64,000 nucleotides of DNA from Eledone cirrhosa. Its lineage: Eukaryota. The first letter of the stretch is position 1. Each line of letters opens with the position of its first letter. The translations under genes and the position numbers were made by a program. The notes beneath the pieces are model-generated. The model saw nothing but the letters and a program-made list of their open reading frames with translations. It was not told where the DNA came from and searched no databases. Location of the stretch: NCBI GenBank assembly GCA_964016885.1, contig OZ024748.1, forward strand, positions 45,198,001 to 45,262,000, written 5' to 3'. Below, piece after piece: positions 43,317 to 60,507 of this stretch.

Positions 43317-43903
43317 GGGTGTCATATTGAGTTCTGGTATTTATACATTTAGGTAGTGGTAAGGGAGGGGTGGTGGCTGGGGGGGATTTGGGGGGGTAGG
43401 ATGGTATTTAGATACACAGGACCACAACATGGCACAGGCCGTTTTTTCTTTGGGGAGTGGTCAATTAGCCAGAGTGCTTTTGTAAATAAAAGAAAAAGAA
43501 AAAGAAAAAGAAAAAGAAAAAGAAAAAGAAAAAGAAAAAGAAAAAGAAAAAGAAAAAGAAAAAGAAAAAGTAAATATATAAGTAAATAAATAAATAAATA
43601 AATGAATAAATAGATAAATGAATAAATAAATAAAAATAAATAAAAATAAATAAAAACCCCAAGAATAGTAATTCAACAGATATATAATAGGGAACATTTT
43701 TTAGGTGGGTGGGTTGGTATTAGAAGATAAACAAGATAAACAAGATAAACAAATCATGGCACAGACTGAGGTGAGTGGTCAAGTTAACATACAAGCTACA
43801 GGTGGCCAGAGTGTTTTTGTAAAATGGAAAGAATAAAATATATTTACATACTCACAACCACATACATAAACACTTACACACACGTATATATATGCATATC
43901 TAT

Positions 43904-43994
<91 letters not shown>

Positions 43995-44300
43995 TATATA
44001 TACACACAAGAAAAAAGCACATACACACAAATATACACACACACACGCATACAGATACACACGCAAATGTATGCATACACACATATATTTATATACATAT
44101 ACATACATATCTACACGTACACACGTGCATATACACCTATATATATACACATACATGTATGTATGTCTCTCGGTATAAACTATACTATACATACATATAC
44201 ATACACACACATACATACATACACATACATACACAAACACATACATACACACATATATACATATATATATATACACACATACATACACATACATATATAT

Positions 44301-44390
<90 letters not shown>

Positions 44391-45099
44391 ACATATACAT
44401 GCACACACGCATACATACACATACACACATACAAATACATACACATAAACACATATACAATACACGCACTCGTTCGCACACATACATGTATTGGGAAAAA
44501 GTAGTGGGACAAATTATAAACTGAGCCTGATAGAGGATTAAAATAATTATTATCACTACTAAGTTATTAATATTATCATCAAGTAATTAATTATTATTTA
44601 TTATTTACCATTCACCATTCATTACCTATCTTTTATCTTTTATCTATTCATTACTTAATCATTCACTTATTAATTAATAAATAAGTGAGTTAACTAACAA
44701 ACAAACAAACAAACAGATAAACAAATAAACATATAAATAAACAAATAAATAAATAAATAAATAGATAAATAAATAAATGAAATAACTAAATAAATAAATA
44801 AATAAATAAATATACAAATAAATAGATAAATAAATAAATCTCGAACGTGTGCGTGCAGCAGTTCATAACTGCACGTATGCAAACATGAGCAGATATATAC
44901 GTGAATTTGTGTGTGCGGCCACGGAACCTTACTCAGAGGCATAAAACACAATATATAAGACCTGGAGGGGAGGAAAGAAGGTAATAATGAGAGATAGAGG
45001 GGAGAAAAGAAGGTAATAATGAGAGATGGAGGGACGGAAGTGGGATGGGGGACGGGGGTGGGGTGGTGATATGGGGGGGGGGGCTCAATCGGGGGGCCG

Positions 45100-45534
45100 G
45101 GTGGATCTGTAGTTTTTGTAATTTCCGTAGTTCTTGTGCATGCAATTAGGGGAGTGTTCCGAGATCTTGTTGAGGAGAGGGCCTTTGGCGAATAGAATCT
45201 CATAGCTCGGAGATACAGAGGTCACAGCAATTATGATCTCCCGTGTAGGATCGCGCTCTCTGGAGTAGTCTCCATTGGGTCTTGAAGGGGATGGAGTTCC
45301 TTTTAAGGTGCCAGATGTGGGCGGCGAGTGTTGTTTGGTTAGATTTGTCTGGGCGCCGGAACGAATGTATGTGGGCGTACCAGCGAGTCTTAAAACTGTT
45401 AGAAGTCATCCCGATGTACGAGTTTCTTTTTTCATCGGGGCCTGAGAGTACATCGCATATATAGACGAGATCTATTTTTAGACAGTTGTTGTTGAGGGGG
45501 CAGGTAGTCTTATCAGGGCAATTGCAATTGCCAC

Positions 45535-45536
<2 letters not shown>
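45100..45536 (-). mobile_element. Penelope-like (Naiad-like) GIY-YIG endonuclease C-terminal fragment
   Basis: GNCNCPDKTTCPLNNNCL..DLVYIC...YIGMTSNSFKTRWYAH..SF...TTLAAHIWHLK...CDLCISE, then after a frameshift LLNKISE..PNCMHK. Confidence 0.88.
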
Positions 45537-45619
<83 letters not shown>

Positions 45620-46156
45620 GATTCACCGAGAATCGAAACGAAAAAATATGAAATGATACTGGCAAAGTGCTCAATAGTTAAAAACCAGAGCTAAACAATG
45701 TGTTAAGAAGCCATACATAACTGAAAAGGTGGTCAAGAAGGCATTAACCACCCAAGCCAAAAACCAAATCAAGCTAAACAGGTCAAAACAAAATAAATGA
45801 TCAAAAATAAATCACAACCAGACCTGGACTCCCGGAATTGCTGTTAAAATCCGATGTAGAGTTTCTGTGACACCTAAATCAAAATACAGTTTGCTTAAAT
45901 ATATAAGCTTTGTGTATAACATCAAACAATATATATATATCATACATATATATACACATATGCATATATATATATATATATAAATATATATATATGCACA
46001 CACACACACACATATATATATACACACACACATATATATACATATATATATACGCACATATTATATAATATATATATAGATACACACACACATATGTATA
46101 TATACATATATACATACATATAAATACACACACACACACACACATACACACACACT

Positions 46157-46253
<97 letters not shown>

Positions 46254-46255
<2 letters not shown>

Positions 46256-46860
46256 CATAAATGGAAAAAATGAAATTTCATTTCTCACTCTTAGTACGGC
46301 TGATACTTAAATATAAGTATGTATACGTACATACATATATGTATACAGACGTACAGTAGTATGTATATACATACATACATGCACACATATATATGTACGT
46401 ATGGGTTTACCGAACATTTATTATAATCCTCCGTTTGTTTGTAAACAAACAGCCCGAATTGTTAGCCGTACAGTGTTCGGCAACCATCGTTGCCCTTTTG
46501 TTTAACAATGACGAAGGAACGATGAACTAGTTTCTAGCTTATTAGCTGTCATCAGCACCGTATACCTTTTTGTCAGTTGACTGAACGTTTGAAAGTATAT
46601 AATTTCCTTATCCATATTAACTGCTGAGCAACCTAATTTGCATATCGAGTGAGTTAGTCGGCCGGGCGTAGCGTAAACGATAAATGGAAAAAATGAAATT
46701 TTATTTCTCACTACGGCTGATACTTAAATATAAGTACCGAGCATTATAGTAAATGTTCGGTAAACCCATACGTACATATATATATATATGTGTGCATGTA
46801 TGTATGTATATACATACTACTGTACTTCTGTATACATATATGTATGTACGTATACATACT
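46254..46860. mobile_element. HHR-bearing repeat with direct and inverted partial duplications; HHR at 46520-46560 (-); relative at 49558-50005
   Basis: CGGUG-CUGAUGA-CAGCU-AAUA-AGCUA-GAAA-CUAG-UU-CAUCG. 46256-46320 recurs at 46680-46737; 46745-46860 inverts ~46315-46425. Confidence 0.72.
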
Positions 46861-47096
46861 TATATTTATATACATATTGTATATATATATCTATATATCT
46901 ATATACATATATATATGTATATATATATACACACATATTTATATATACACACATACATGCACACACACACATATATATGTATGTATACATACTTATATTT
47001 ACATATATATATATCTAGATATATCTATATCTATATACATATATATATATACACACACATATATATATATACACACACATACATGCACACATACAT

Positions 47097-47730
<634 letters not shown>

Positions 47731-48115
47731 ATATATATATATATATATACATGTTCATAAAATTTAATAATTCCTTAAGCCATTTCTCTGTTTCTTCTGC
47801 CTTTAGTTTAATCTATTGAGGAATTCACAGCTAATCTCTGCTAATTGCCACAATCCCAAGATTAGGAATACATTGTTGTTGCTAGAAGCTGACAATATGA
47901 AGGAGAACGAGGTCAGAAAATCTTTAATTCTCTCTCATTCCTTTGCCATTCGCTGGATCTAAGTCTTTGTTACATTTCTCGTTAATTGAATCTGTGTATA
48001 TATACATATATACATATATACATATATACATAAATATATACATGCATACAAATATACATACATGTATACATATATATATATATATACATACGTTTATGTT
48101 TACACGCACACACAC

Positions 48116-48255
<140 letters not shown>

Positions 48256-48506
48256 AATACATGTGCTTAGTCAATATCTCTCTGAGTTTTTCTCTCTTTA
48301 CATTCGTACATGTATATACGTATATATATATATATATATACACATACACACATATATATATACATACATAAATAGTTATACATATATATATATGTATATA
48401 TATGTATATATATATATGTATAAATATATTTTAATATATAAATATATTTAATATATATATATCTGTATATATATATATATATATATAGACACACATATAT
48501 ATATAC

Positions 48507-48591
<85 letters not shown>

Positions 48592-48600
48592 TAAATATAT

Positions 48601-48635
<35 letters not shown>

Positions 48636-48636
48636 T

Positions 48637-48990
<354 letters not shown>

Positions 48991-49404
48991 TGCATATATA
49001 CATATATATATATACATACATATATATGACCATCTTCCACTCTTTCTTTGTTATACCATTACTAACTCTCTGATAGAATACTCGCCTTAAAGTAGAATCA
49101 ATCGAGTAACTTCCCCCATTGTCGCACCTATTATTGTTATGTATCTCTGGAGTGTGGTGGGCAGGGTTGGGATGGATGTGCTGGTTGTGGTGGGGATGGT
49201 GGCCATGGTAGGGATGGTTTGGTTGTCACATCGCCATTTGGTAATGGTGATAATGGAATAATCATATTTGTAGACACATATTAGTTGCATGATGTTAGAT
49301 AATCTTAACTGTACATTTATCTGTATGTTTGTATGGATGGATAGATGCATGTATGTATGTAATAATATGGCTGAAGATAAATGGAGATAAAGAACATCGG
49401 AGAG

Positions 49405-50005
<601 letters not shown>

Positions 50006-50017
50006 ATATATATATAT

Positions 50018-50161
50018 ATTGTTATACTTTGGGAGGGTCATGTTGCCAATAAGAAACACACGCACCAGTTGCTTTCACTTCAATTTATTATATATTTATA
50101 AATTTACAAATTTATAAATTTATAAATTTCTGGTTGGTTGGTTGGTTCAAATTCAGAAACG

Positions 50162-50162
<1 letters not shown>
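50018..50162. mobile_element. Short copy of the 17486/35766 PLE terminal-repeat family
   Basis: attgttatactttgggagggtcatgttgcc... joined to the inverted tail caaattcagaaacga. Confidence 0.8.
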
Positions 50163-50194
<32 letters not shown>

Positions 50195-50197
50195 AAT

Positions 50198-51630
50198 GTC
50201 GAGCTCCGTCAGCATCGTCTGAAGCTCATCCGTGGTTTCACCGATGAGTACGATGTCTTCAGCGAAACGGAGGTGGGTAAGTAACTCGCCGTTGATGTTG
50301 ACACCGCCTTGCCAGTCAATGCGTCTGTTGATCTGCTCGAGACACGCGGTGAAAAGTTTGGGAGAGATCGTATCTCCTTGCTTCACTCCCTTCTCGACCG
50401 GCACTCGTACGGGTGATGACAGCAGAGCTATGACGGTGGTGCATCCGGAACCCGCCTCTCTGAGCAGTTGAACGTATTGCGCCTCGACTGTCGTGCTGTA
50501 GTTTTTCCGGAAGCCGGCTAGCTCTCTCGGTTGCTGTTCGTCCAGATGACGTGATAACCTGTTCAGTATTATCTTCGTGAACAGCTTGTACACGTGAGAC
50601 AGCAGGCATATGGGTCGGAAGTTCTTCAGATCTTCTCTATCGCCCTTCTAGTACAGCTGGATGGTATTCGACTCTTTCCACTGCGAGGGTATTCTTCCCT
50701 CGTCCAGATAGTGTGTGAATCGCTCGGCGAGGATTTTCCACAGCTGCTCTCCGCCTGACTTCAACACCTCCGATGTTAAGCCGTCTTTCCCTGGCGCCTT
50801 TCCGCTTTTCATTAAGCCGACGGCTCTTTCGACTTCACCGACAAGGATGGGTGACACATTTTCTTCCTGTTGGAGTGACGGCAACGGCTGCACATTCCCG
50901 GCAGACTTGAAGAGCTTGGTGTAGAAGTCTTCGCAAACCTTTTCCACCTCACTCTTGTCGCTGACCGGTACTCCAGCTGTGTTTTTCAGGGTCGTCACCT
51001 CCGATCTCTACATTGGCATGTCCCTCTCGCATCTCTTGAGGCTCTTCTTTTCCTTTGCGGCCTTCAGGAGCTTCTCCATCCGGTATGCCTCGAAGTCTCT
51101 CTTCAGCTGTTGACGTATCACTCTGCTGAGAAGGGAATATTGGAGGTGATCTTCAGGTGTCCTCTTCATATTCTTCCTCTTCTTAAGCAACTTCATAGTT
51201 TCCTCCGAGACTCTTCCCTTCCGCTCCCTCGGGCACACACCCTTAGCCTTCCCCAAGCACTCCTTCAGTTTCCTTATCAGTGAGTCGTAGTCAGCGTCTA
51301 TGCCGTCTCCTTGACGCCACTTTCCCTGCATAATGGCTTCCTGCAGCTGCGCCTCGTTGAAGACCCGGACGCGTTCTCCATTCGACGCCAAATGCAGCGC
51401 CTTCTTCTCCTTCGTCCGGTCGATGACGATCCTCGCTCTTACCAGACGATGATCACTGCCAGTATTGAATGGCGTTATGACGGAGACGTCCTGTAGTATG
51501 CATCGCTTGTCGACCAAGATGTAGTCAATCTCGTTTCGGTGCTCAGAATTTGGCGATACCCAGGTCCATCTCTTCTCCTTCTTCCTGAATAGGCTGCTTC
51601 CAATGTAGAGCCGTCTCGCCTCCGCCAAAA
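50198..51630 (-). mobile_element. RTE-clade LINE, inverted 5' segment (endonuclease C-half to RT), with stops and an internal deletion
   Basis: RWTWVSPN..NEIDYIL, GSDHRLVRA, GKAPGKDGL, NFRPICLLSHVYKLF, AGFR, KGVKQGDTISPKLF, HLRFAEDIVL..ELQTMLTELD. Confidence 0.92.
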
Positions 51631-52331
51631 AGCTCTGCAGTAGGCCTCAAGATGAAGCGCATGAAAACGAAGTTCATGCGGTCCGATAACGTGCCAACAG
51701 GTCGAATGGTGGTTGGCGGTGATGAAATAGAGGAGGTGGAGGAATACGTTTACCTGGGACAAAAAGTGATCATGCGCCGAGATATTGAGAGGGAGATCTC
51801 ACGGAGAATAAGGGACGGATGGAAGGCGTTCAACGGCATAAGGGATGTGCTCAAGGGGAGGTTGGACACCACCACCCGCGCCAACCTCTTCAATAGCACA
51901 GTTTTACCTGCAATGTTATATGGCAGTGAAACTTGGGCTACAACGAAGAGAGAAGTGCAGAGGCTGGTAACGGCTCAAAGAGCCACGGAGAGATCAATGC
52001 TAGGAATCTCGTTGAGAGAGCACATCAGGAGCGAAGTCATCAGACAGAAGTCCGGCGTGAGGGACGTCATCACGGAATATATGCGCAGCAAGTTCAGATG
52101 GGCTGGACACGTCGCCCGGTTCACCGATAATCGGTGGACCCGCGCAGTTGCCGAGTGGTACCCACGCGAGCGGAAACGACCACTCGGAAGGCCTCCACGA
52201 GGGTGGAGTTACGATTTTAAGAATACGATTGGGAATAGATGGATGAGGAAAGTACGATCCAGAGAGGAATGGACGCTGTGCTGTGACCAGCGGCGCTGAA
52301 TGGACGCCCGACAGACTGGTCGGTCAAGGTG
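51630..52331 (+). mobile_element. RTE-clade LINE, sense 3' segment (RT C-terminus and 3' end)
   Basis: VGLKM...KTKFM, YVYLG, EISRRIRDGW.AF, VLPAMLYGSETW, KFRWAGHVAR, KRPLGRPP.GW; short 3' UTR. Confidence 0.92.
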
Positions 52332-52419
52332 ATATATATAAATAGAAGAGTTTGGTCCCGACGGCTGAGCTTTTGCCATTTCGTCAGTAAATTCCTGATC
52401 TCTCTCTCAATATATATTA

Positions 52420-52495
<76 letters not shown>

Positions 52496-53319
52496 ACACA
52501 TTTATGTATACATAAACACACTACTTTTCTAACGATACACATAATTTGAAAGATGAAAAGAAGAAAAAACAAATCTTCATTGAATCTTCATTGAAATGGT
52601 AGCAATAAAAATGTGGTTTTATGAGTGGAATATTTGAAATAAATATGATGTGTTAAGTAAAAAATGTTAAATGGATGTAGCTATTTACTTAGTGGTTATT
52701 GTGAGTACTCTTGAACTTTCAATAATTGAGATACCGTGTTTTATTCACTCAGTCTTCATGTCAGCCTGAACAAATAGAAACGATTTAACGCTAGCTTGTA
52801 GAACTTATCAATTTAACAAACAGCAAAATGAAAATGAGTGAAAATTAACAAAATAATTTTTATAGAAAAAAAATTATCCATTTTAAAATGTTTGATGAGA
52901 ATTCTCAAGTGATTCTAAACATTTATTCGTTCTGTTTGTTTTGATCTTCATTTTTTTCTCTTCAAACATTGATTGTAGTATGTGGTACTGCTCTAGCATA
53001 AGAAATATATTTGATAGTCTTTATGATTTTGTCATTTTTCAATCATTTTATAGCTTATACATAAATGTAATTTAATTTATTGAGAAATCTTTGAGAAATT
53101 AATGGAAGTCTACAAAGCATTTGAATGCAACTGGATCAGACAACTAAACCAATATGCTAGTTTTCCCATCGTTCTCGTCTGTTTATCTCATTAAAATAAC
53201 AAAATGTCCACTGCAGAATCTATTTATTTAGATCATAATTTTATTCCTCTTCAAACAGAATGATTGTTATATGTGATAATACAGACTGCCCCCCCCCCCC
53301 CCCCAAAAAAAAAGAAATT

Positions 53320-54072
53320 GACAAAGAAATTTCTAGCCTGATAGTGGGGTTTATAACCCTCGGAGAAATGGAAAAAGATGAGTGTTGCCGTACATGGGAG
53401 TCGAACCCACATCTTTGGTTATCCAGACCACTGTGCTACCATTACACCAATACACATCCCGTCTACTTCCATTCGAATTAGAAGCTATGAACTTAGCAAG
53501 TGAATGATAAACAAGCAAATTATAAATGTAAACATGTAAGTATGTTTTTGAAACGGTGCGCGAGTTTGAAAATTAGAAATTAGAAATTATAAGCTTTCAC
53601 CGTATTTTAGACTAAAGAAATTTCTAGCCTGATAGTGGGGTTTATAACCCTCGGAGAAATGGAAAAAGATGAGTGTTGCCGTACATGGGAGTCGAACCCA
53701 CATCTTTGGTTATCCAGACCACTGTGCTACCATTACACCAATATACATCCAGTCTCCTTCCATTCGAATTAGAAGCTATGAACTTAGCAAGTGAATGATA
53801 AACAAGCAAATTATAAATGTAAACATGTAAGTATGTTTTTGAAACGTCTGGATAACCAAATATGTGGGTTCGACTCCCATGTACGGCAACACTCATCTTT
53901 TTCCATTTCTCCGAGGTTTATAAACCTAGAAATGTCTAGAAATGTCTTTAGGCTAGAAATGTCTTTAGTCTAAAATACGGTGAAAGCTAATAATTTCTAA
54001 TTTCTAATTTTCAAACTCGCGCACCGTTTCAAAAACATACTTACATGTTTACATTTATAATTTGCTTGTTTA
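53320..54072. mobile_element. ~295-bp unit containing a tRNA-like module, arranged as a direct tandem (53320-53612, 53614-53847) plus an inverted copy (53847-54072)
   Basis: Minus strand 53387-53455: TGGTGTAATGGTAGCAC...TGGT-CTGGATA-ACCA...GTGGG-TTCGACT-CCCAT gives A and B boxes and cloverleaf-like arms. Related sequence lies at 14590-14710. Confidence 0.7.
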
Positions 54073-54280
54073 TATATATATAAGTATATATAAACCCGTA
54101 GAGCAAATATTTATTATTAGACCTCCTCTCTTTCATCCTCCTAATACCCCCGTAGAATCCTTGACCTCCCGCCACGGTGGTAATTCCTACTTTCTAAAGC
54201 CATGCATCTAACCTTTTATTAACTGCTCCCAGTGCACCAACCACAGTCGGTACCACATCTACGTGCCTGATTCTCCATAG

Positions 54281-54311
<31 letters not shown>

Positions 54312-54320
54312 TTATTGTTA

Positions 54321-54510
54321 GGGCAGTGAATTGGCAGTAACGGTAGAGGGTCGGACGCCATGCTTTCCAGCATAGAGTTACGGCCCTTGCCATTCTGAGT
54401 TCAAATCCCGCCGAGGTTAACTTTGCCTTTTATCCTTACGGGGTCGATAAAATAAAGTACCAGTACTGGGATAATTGCTGGTCTTGTGCCAAAAGTAGAA
54501 ACAATTATTA
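54321..54510 (+). mobile_element. Full-length tRNA-derived SINE inserted in (ATT)n
   Basis: Same family as 41936-42125. Confidence 0.92.
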
Positions 54511-54758
54511 TTATCCATTGTCATCACGATAGTTATTCATATATATATATATATGTATGTGTGTGTGACAGCTCACACCTATGCAGGTTTAGCTGGCCTC
54601 CCCCAAGGTATATATCGTTGGAGGTGTCTTGGGTGATTTAGTGATAGGGACCTCAGTCCTATCATCTCATTTCTACAGCTGAGTAAACTGGAGCAACGTG
54701 AAATAAACAACACATCATCCGGTCCGAGAATTGAACTCACAACCTTTCGATTGCAACG

Positions 54759-54809
<51 letters not shown>

Positions 54810-54810
54810 T

Positions 54811-55072
54811 TAAAAGAATAGAGGTGTAACACACGAGTTGTGATATATTGGTAAAAGGAAAAGAAAATGCTGACAAATTGTTCCTAGTGAAAAATAGTTT
54901 AATTAGGAATAAGTAAAAATTAGTAATAAGTATTGGGTAGTATTCAGTTTTAGTTTTAAGTTTTTACCGGTTGCACATTTCTAATGCTTTTCAAAAATAA
55001 TTTTGAGATAGAGCGTCCGTGATGTTTGCTCTAATCTTAGAGCAAACATGACGGACGCTCTATCTCAAAATT
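54811..55072. mobile_element. 18062-family insertion ending in a ~74-bp palindrome (54999-55072)
   Basis: aattttgagatagagcgtccgtgatgtttgctctaa-tc-ttagagcaaacatgacggacgctctatctcaaaatt. Confidence 0.72.
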
Positions 55073-55211
55073 AGTCCAGAATTAGCCGTCGAAACGGCTT
55101 GAGCTCAGCCGTCAGGGTCCTACTCGTTCCTATTACCCACTCTACTACCCTAAGTATTGAGTACTTTGGTGCGTTATGGTCCACCTGGTTCCTTACCACA
55201 TTTCCTTCGTT
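55072..55211 (+). mobile_element. Single-arm copy of the 36361 family
   Basis: agtccagaattagccgtcgaaacggc...ccttcgtta(ta)n. Confidence 0.8.
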
Positions 55212-55391
55212 ATATATATATATATATATATATAAGCAGAAGGGATATTCAATTTGTTGGTAATTCAACAAATATGAATGTTTATAACTGATTCAGAGCA
55301 CTCAACAGTAGCGTTGCAAAATGTTGGTACCCTTGAAAAATTGAATAAATATTGTTTTATAAATATAATAGTTTCCATTTATTTAATATCA

Positions 55392-55425
<34 letters not shown>

Positions 55426-55428
<3 letters not shown>

Positions 55429-58292
55429 GGAGGTGAGTTTTATTGTAGGACAATAAAGCAATGCAAATATCGGATAAGTAGCACTCTACAGTTTGTAGGA
55501 CTGGAGTATAAATAATATAATATCAAAAGATGGTTAAAAGAGTTCCAAGTATTTTATTATGCGCATTTCAAAAACAAATATCACTATGGGGTGATATCTG
55601 CGTTCTCGTCAGATAAAATAGGGAGACATGATATGAAGCTTAAAAAACATTTGTAAACAGTGAAGTTTTAAATCAACGTATGAAAAATAAATCAAGATGG
55701 ATGTATGAGATTGGGAAAAAGTGACGGTAGGGTTGGGTGGAAAGGGTAAGGAAGAAGAAGAAATAAGAGTAAAGGATGGTGGGGGGGAGTATAAGAAGGA
55801 AGGATGAGAGAGGAGGAGAGATGGGTGATAGAGAGAGAGAGAGAGATAGCCTTTACAAATGAGAAAAAATATTGTCTCACAGAGAGAAATTAAAAAGCCG
55901 TTGGAAGATAATAGATAATTTAAAAGATTTTGAAATTAAAAGTTAATGAGGTTTATGTATGAAGAAAAAGGAATTAAGAATAGTATTAAATTAAGGTTTG
56001 TATATTGAAGGGTTTAATAATATGTGCGAAGAAAAGAATTTATTAATATGTATTATTAAAATAAAAATATTAAGGATATTAAGGATATAATGTGAAAAGA
56101 AGGAGATGAATAAATGAGTTATGAATTGAGAGGAATTAGTTAGGGTTTAAGTTTGTTTTTATGTATTGTAATATGTATACGTAAATAGTATGTTTAAAAT
56201 GAGCGCAGAAGGAGAGAAGAAAAAAGAATGTTTAAGGAAGAAAATATCTAACATCAAAAAGTATATATGTTTACGAAATATTTTCTAATGGTAATATTAT
56301 AATATATTAAAAAGAAATTAGTTAGGGTTTAAGTTTGTTTTTATGTATTGTAATATGTAAAAGTAAAATTAAGTAGTAGGTTTAAAACGAGCATGAAAGG
56401 ATGGAAGAGATAGAAAAATTTAAGGAAGAAAAAAATCTAACGTCAAAAAGTTTATGTTTACGAAGGACTTATAATGATAATATTATAATGTATTAAAAAA
56501 ATAATTTTTATGGCCAATGATATGAGGAAAGATGGAAAAATGGATAATGTTATGGTGAGTAATAATATGAATTGAGAAGTAGTTGGGAAGAAAAAGTACA
56601 GATTAGAGATTAGAAATTAAAAAGAAAAAAGGAAGAAAGGAAAATGATAAAGAAGAATGACATAGAATGAGTAAATTGTATTATATAATACTGAAATAAG
56701 GTAGAAAGATGGGTATCTTTGAAAAAGATATATAAGCCTTTGAGAAAAAAGGATTTTTAACTAGTAAGGTATTGAGATATTAGCTGTATACTTTATGGAA
56801 TGTTTTGGGGGATTTATGCAAGCAGAGCGAACATAAATATGTGCGTCTATTTATTATAGAATTGAAATTAGATATAATGGTACATTTCTCGGCTAGGCAG
56901 AGATTACATGTTCTGGATAGGGAAGAATTAAGGCGAGAAAGGTCGAACAAACCTTCCTCCAAGAGATGTTATAGTTAATATTTTTGTCTTTCAAGGACCA
57001 TATGAGTTCCGAGAGTGCTAAGTTGGTATCTAAAAGACGATTTGTGATTATAAAATCTAGCTTTGAAGGAAGTGGAAGTGGAACCGAAATAGGTAAAAGA
57101 ATTAGTATCAGTTATAACCTTACATTCATAGGCTAAGTTTTTATCAAGACAATGGTTATTAAGAGGACATTTAGTTTTAATAGGGCAATTACAATTACGA
57201 TTAGAGAAATTAACAGAGTTATTAACAAGTGACCTAGTATTATTTATAGAAGGAATTGGATTGGAGAAGTTATTTATGATAGGAACAATAGTTTCCTGAT
57301 TTAGATTGGTATTATGAACATTCAACGAAGTTACTTTTGACGTCGAATTTAAATTTACAGATCTAGCCTAGAGTTAACAATGACGTCAGGTATACTACTG
57401 CTATTATTATGACGCTCAGTGTTGGAAGGATGTAATATATTATTTAATATTTTATTGTTGTGTTTAGAGATAATGTTAGAGATGTTGGAAGTGGTGGAAT
57501 AAGAAAATTTTTATTGTATGTTTGTTAAAGATTTTACTATAGATATGTGAGGGAGGGAAACATTTATCTAAGGCTCTAAAGAATAGTTTAGGAATATTAT
57601 TATTAATAGATATAGAAAAAGGAGCATTATACCAAATCATATTTTTGTATCTAGATCTTTTATTTAAGTTATTGGAGTGTTCATAATTAATTATTTTACT
57701 GTAAGACCTTCGAGGATTGGTTTCCTTACTGTATTTAATTTTATCAGGATAACCGGCTTTAGAAAGCGCATTATTATAGTAATTGGCATTAGCATCAAAG
57801 ATATCTTTATTAGAGGATAGATTTGAGATTCTTTTTTCAATATTACTGACTATAGCATTTTTAATGTTAGTTGGGTGGTTAGATTTAAAATTATCATAAT
57901 TTAGATTCTCATTGTTTTTATGGTAAGGGTAATATAGGCCAGTGTCAAGATTAAGGGATATATCCAAGAAGTTAGCTAATTTGACGTTGTTATCAAATTC
58001 AATTTTAAGGTTATGGTGCTTAAAGAGATCACGTATATTGTTCTTAATAATATTAAGGTTAACTAAGTTGTAGTTTAAGATAGTAAAAAGTCCATCATCA
58101 CGATAAATTCCACCGCGAAGTTGAGGAATTTTCCGATTTAAAGAGTTCAAAATAAAAATACCAATCAAATCAGTCAATTGCGATGAATCGGAAGCACCCA
58201 TTGTGATCAGATATCATCCCATGATGATATTTGTTTTTGAAATGCGCATAATAAAATACTTGGAACTCTTTTAACCATCTTTTGATCTTATA
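55426..58292 (-). mobile_element. 5'-truncated Penelope-like element (Naiad-like): RT-thumb-GIY-YIG, AT-rich 3' UTR, terminal repeat with HHR, inverted partial terminal repeat at its 5' end
   Basis: MGASDSSQLTDLIG, GGIYRDDGL, NFLDISLNL, SNHP, WYNAPFS, CNCP...CPL..HCL, YFGST..FKARFYNHK, CNLCLAEK. 58207-58290 inverts 55518-55600; both ends abut (TA)n. Confidence 0.92.
55551..55620 (-). ncRNA. Type I hammerhead ribozyme in the PLE terminal repeat
   Basis: AUUUUAU-CUGACGA-GAACGCAGAUAUCAC..GUGAUAUUUGUUUUU-GAAA-UGCGCA-UA-AUAAAAU; palindromic stem III AUGCGCAU. Confidence 0.82.
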
Positions 58293-58311
58293 ATATATAT
58301 ATATATATATA

Positions 58312-60120
<1,809 letters not shown>

Positions 60121-60151
60121 TTTATGATGTATTGAATTGTTTTATATGTTA

Positions 60152-60182
<31 letters not shown>

Positions 60183-60203
60183 ATATTATAATTATTTTAT
60201 ATG

Positions 60204-60257
<54 letters not shown>

Positions 60258-60507
60258 CATATAAAAATACATGAATAATCACAGGAGATAATTTTTGCTT
60301 GCGTGTAACCGCGCATAGCAAGTTTAGGCAATATTTACCTTTAAGTGTGATTAACCTTCCTTGTATATGTCCCATTAAAGAAATATATTTCACCAATTAA
60401 TCAGATGGTAAGTTTCGGAAAGTGAATATTATTGGATTGTCAACAACAAAAGTGATAATTTCCAGCTATTCGTGCTTACAGAGCGAGATCAAATCTTCAA
60501 CTATCCG

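Noticed and set aside
45200-45210. TGA after CDLCISEL as a selenocysteine codon (some Naiad PLEs are selenoproteins)
   Set aside because: Homology continues in another frame (YEILF..LLNK), so this is a frameshift; I recognised no SECIS.
53387-53455. Functional tRNA-Ser(GGA) gene
   Set aside because: The acceptor stem is weak, there is no long variable arm, and it is duplicated within a repeat; treated as tRNA-derived.
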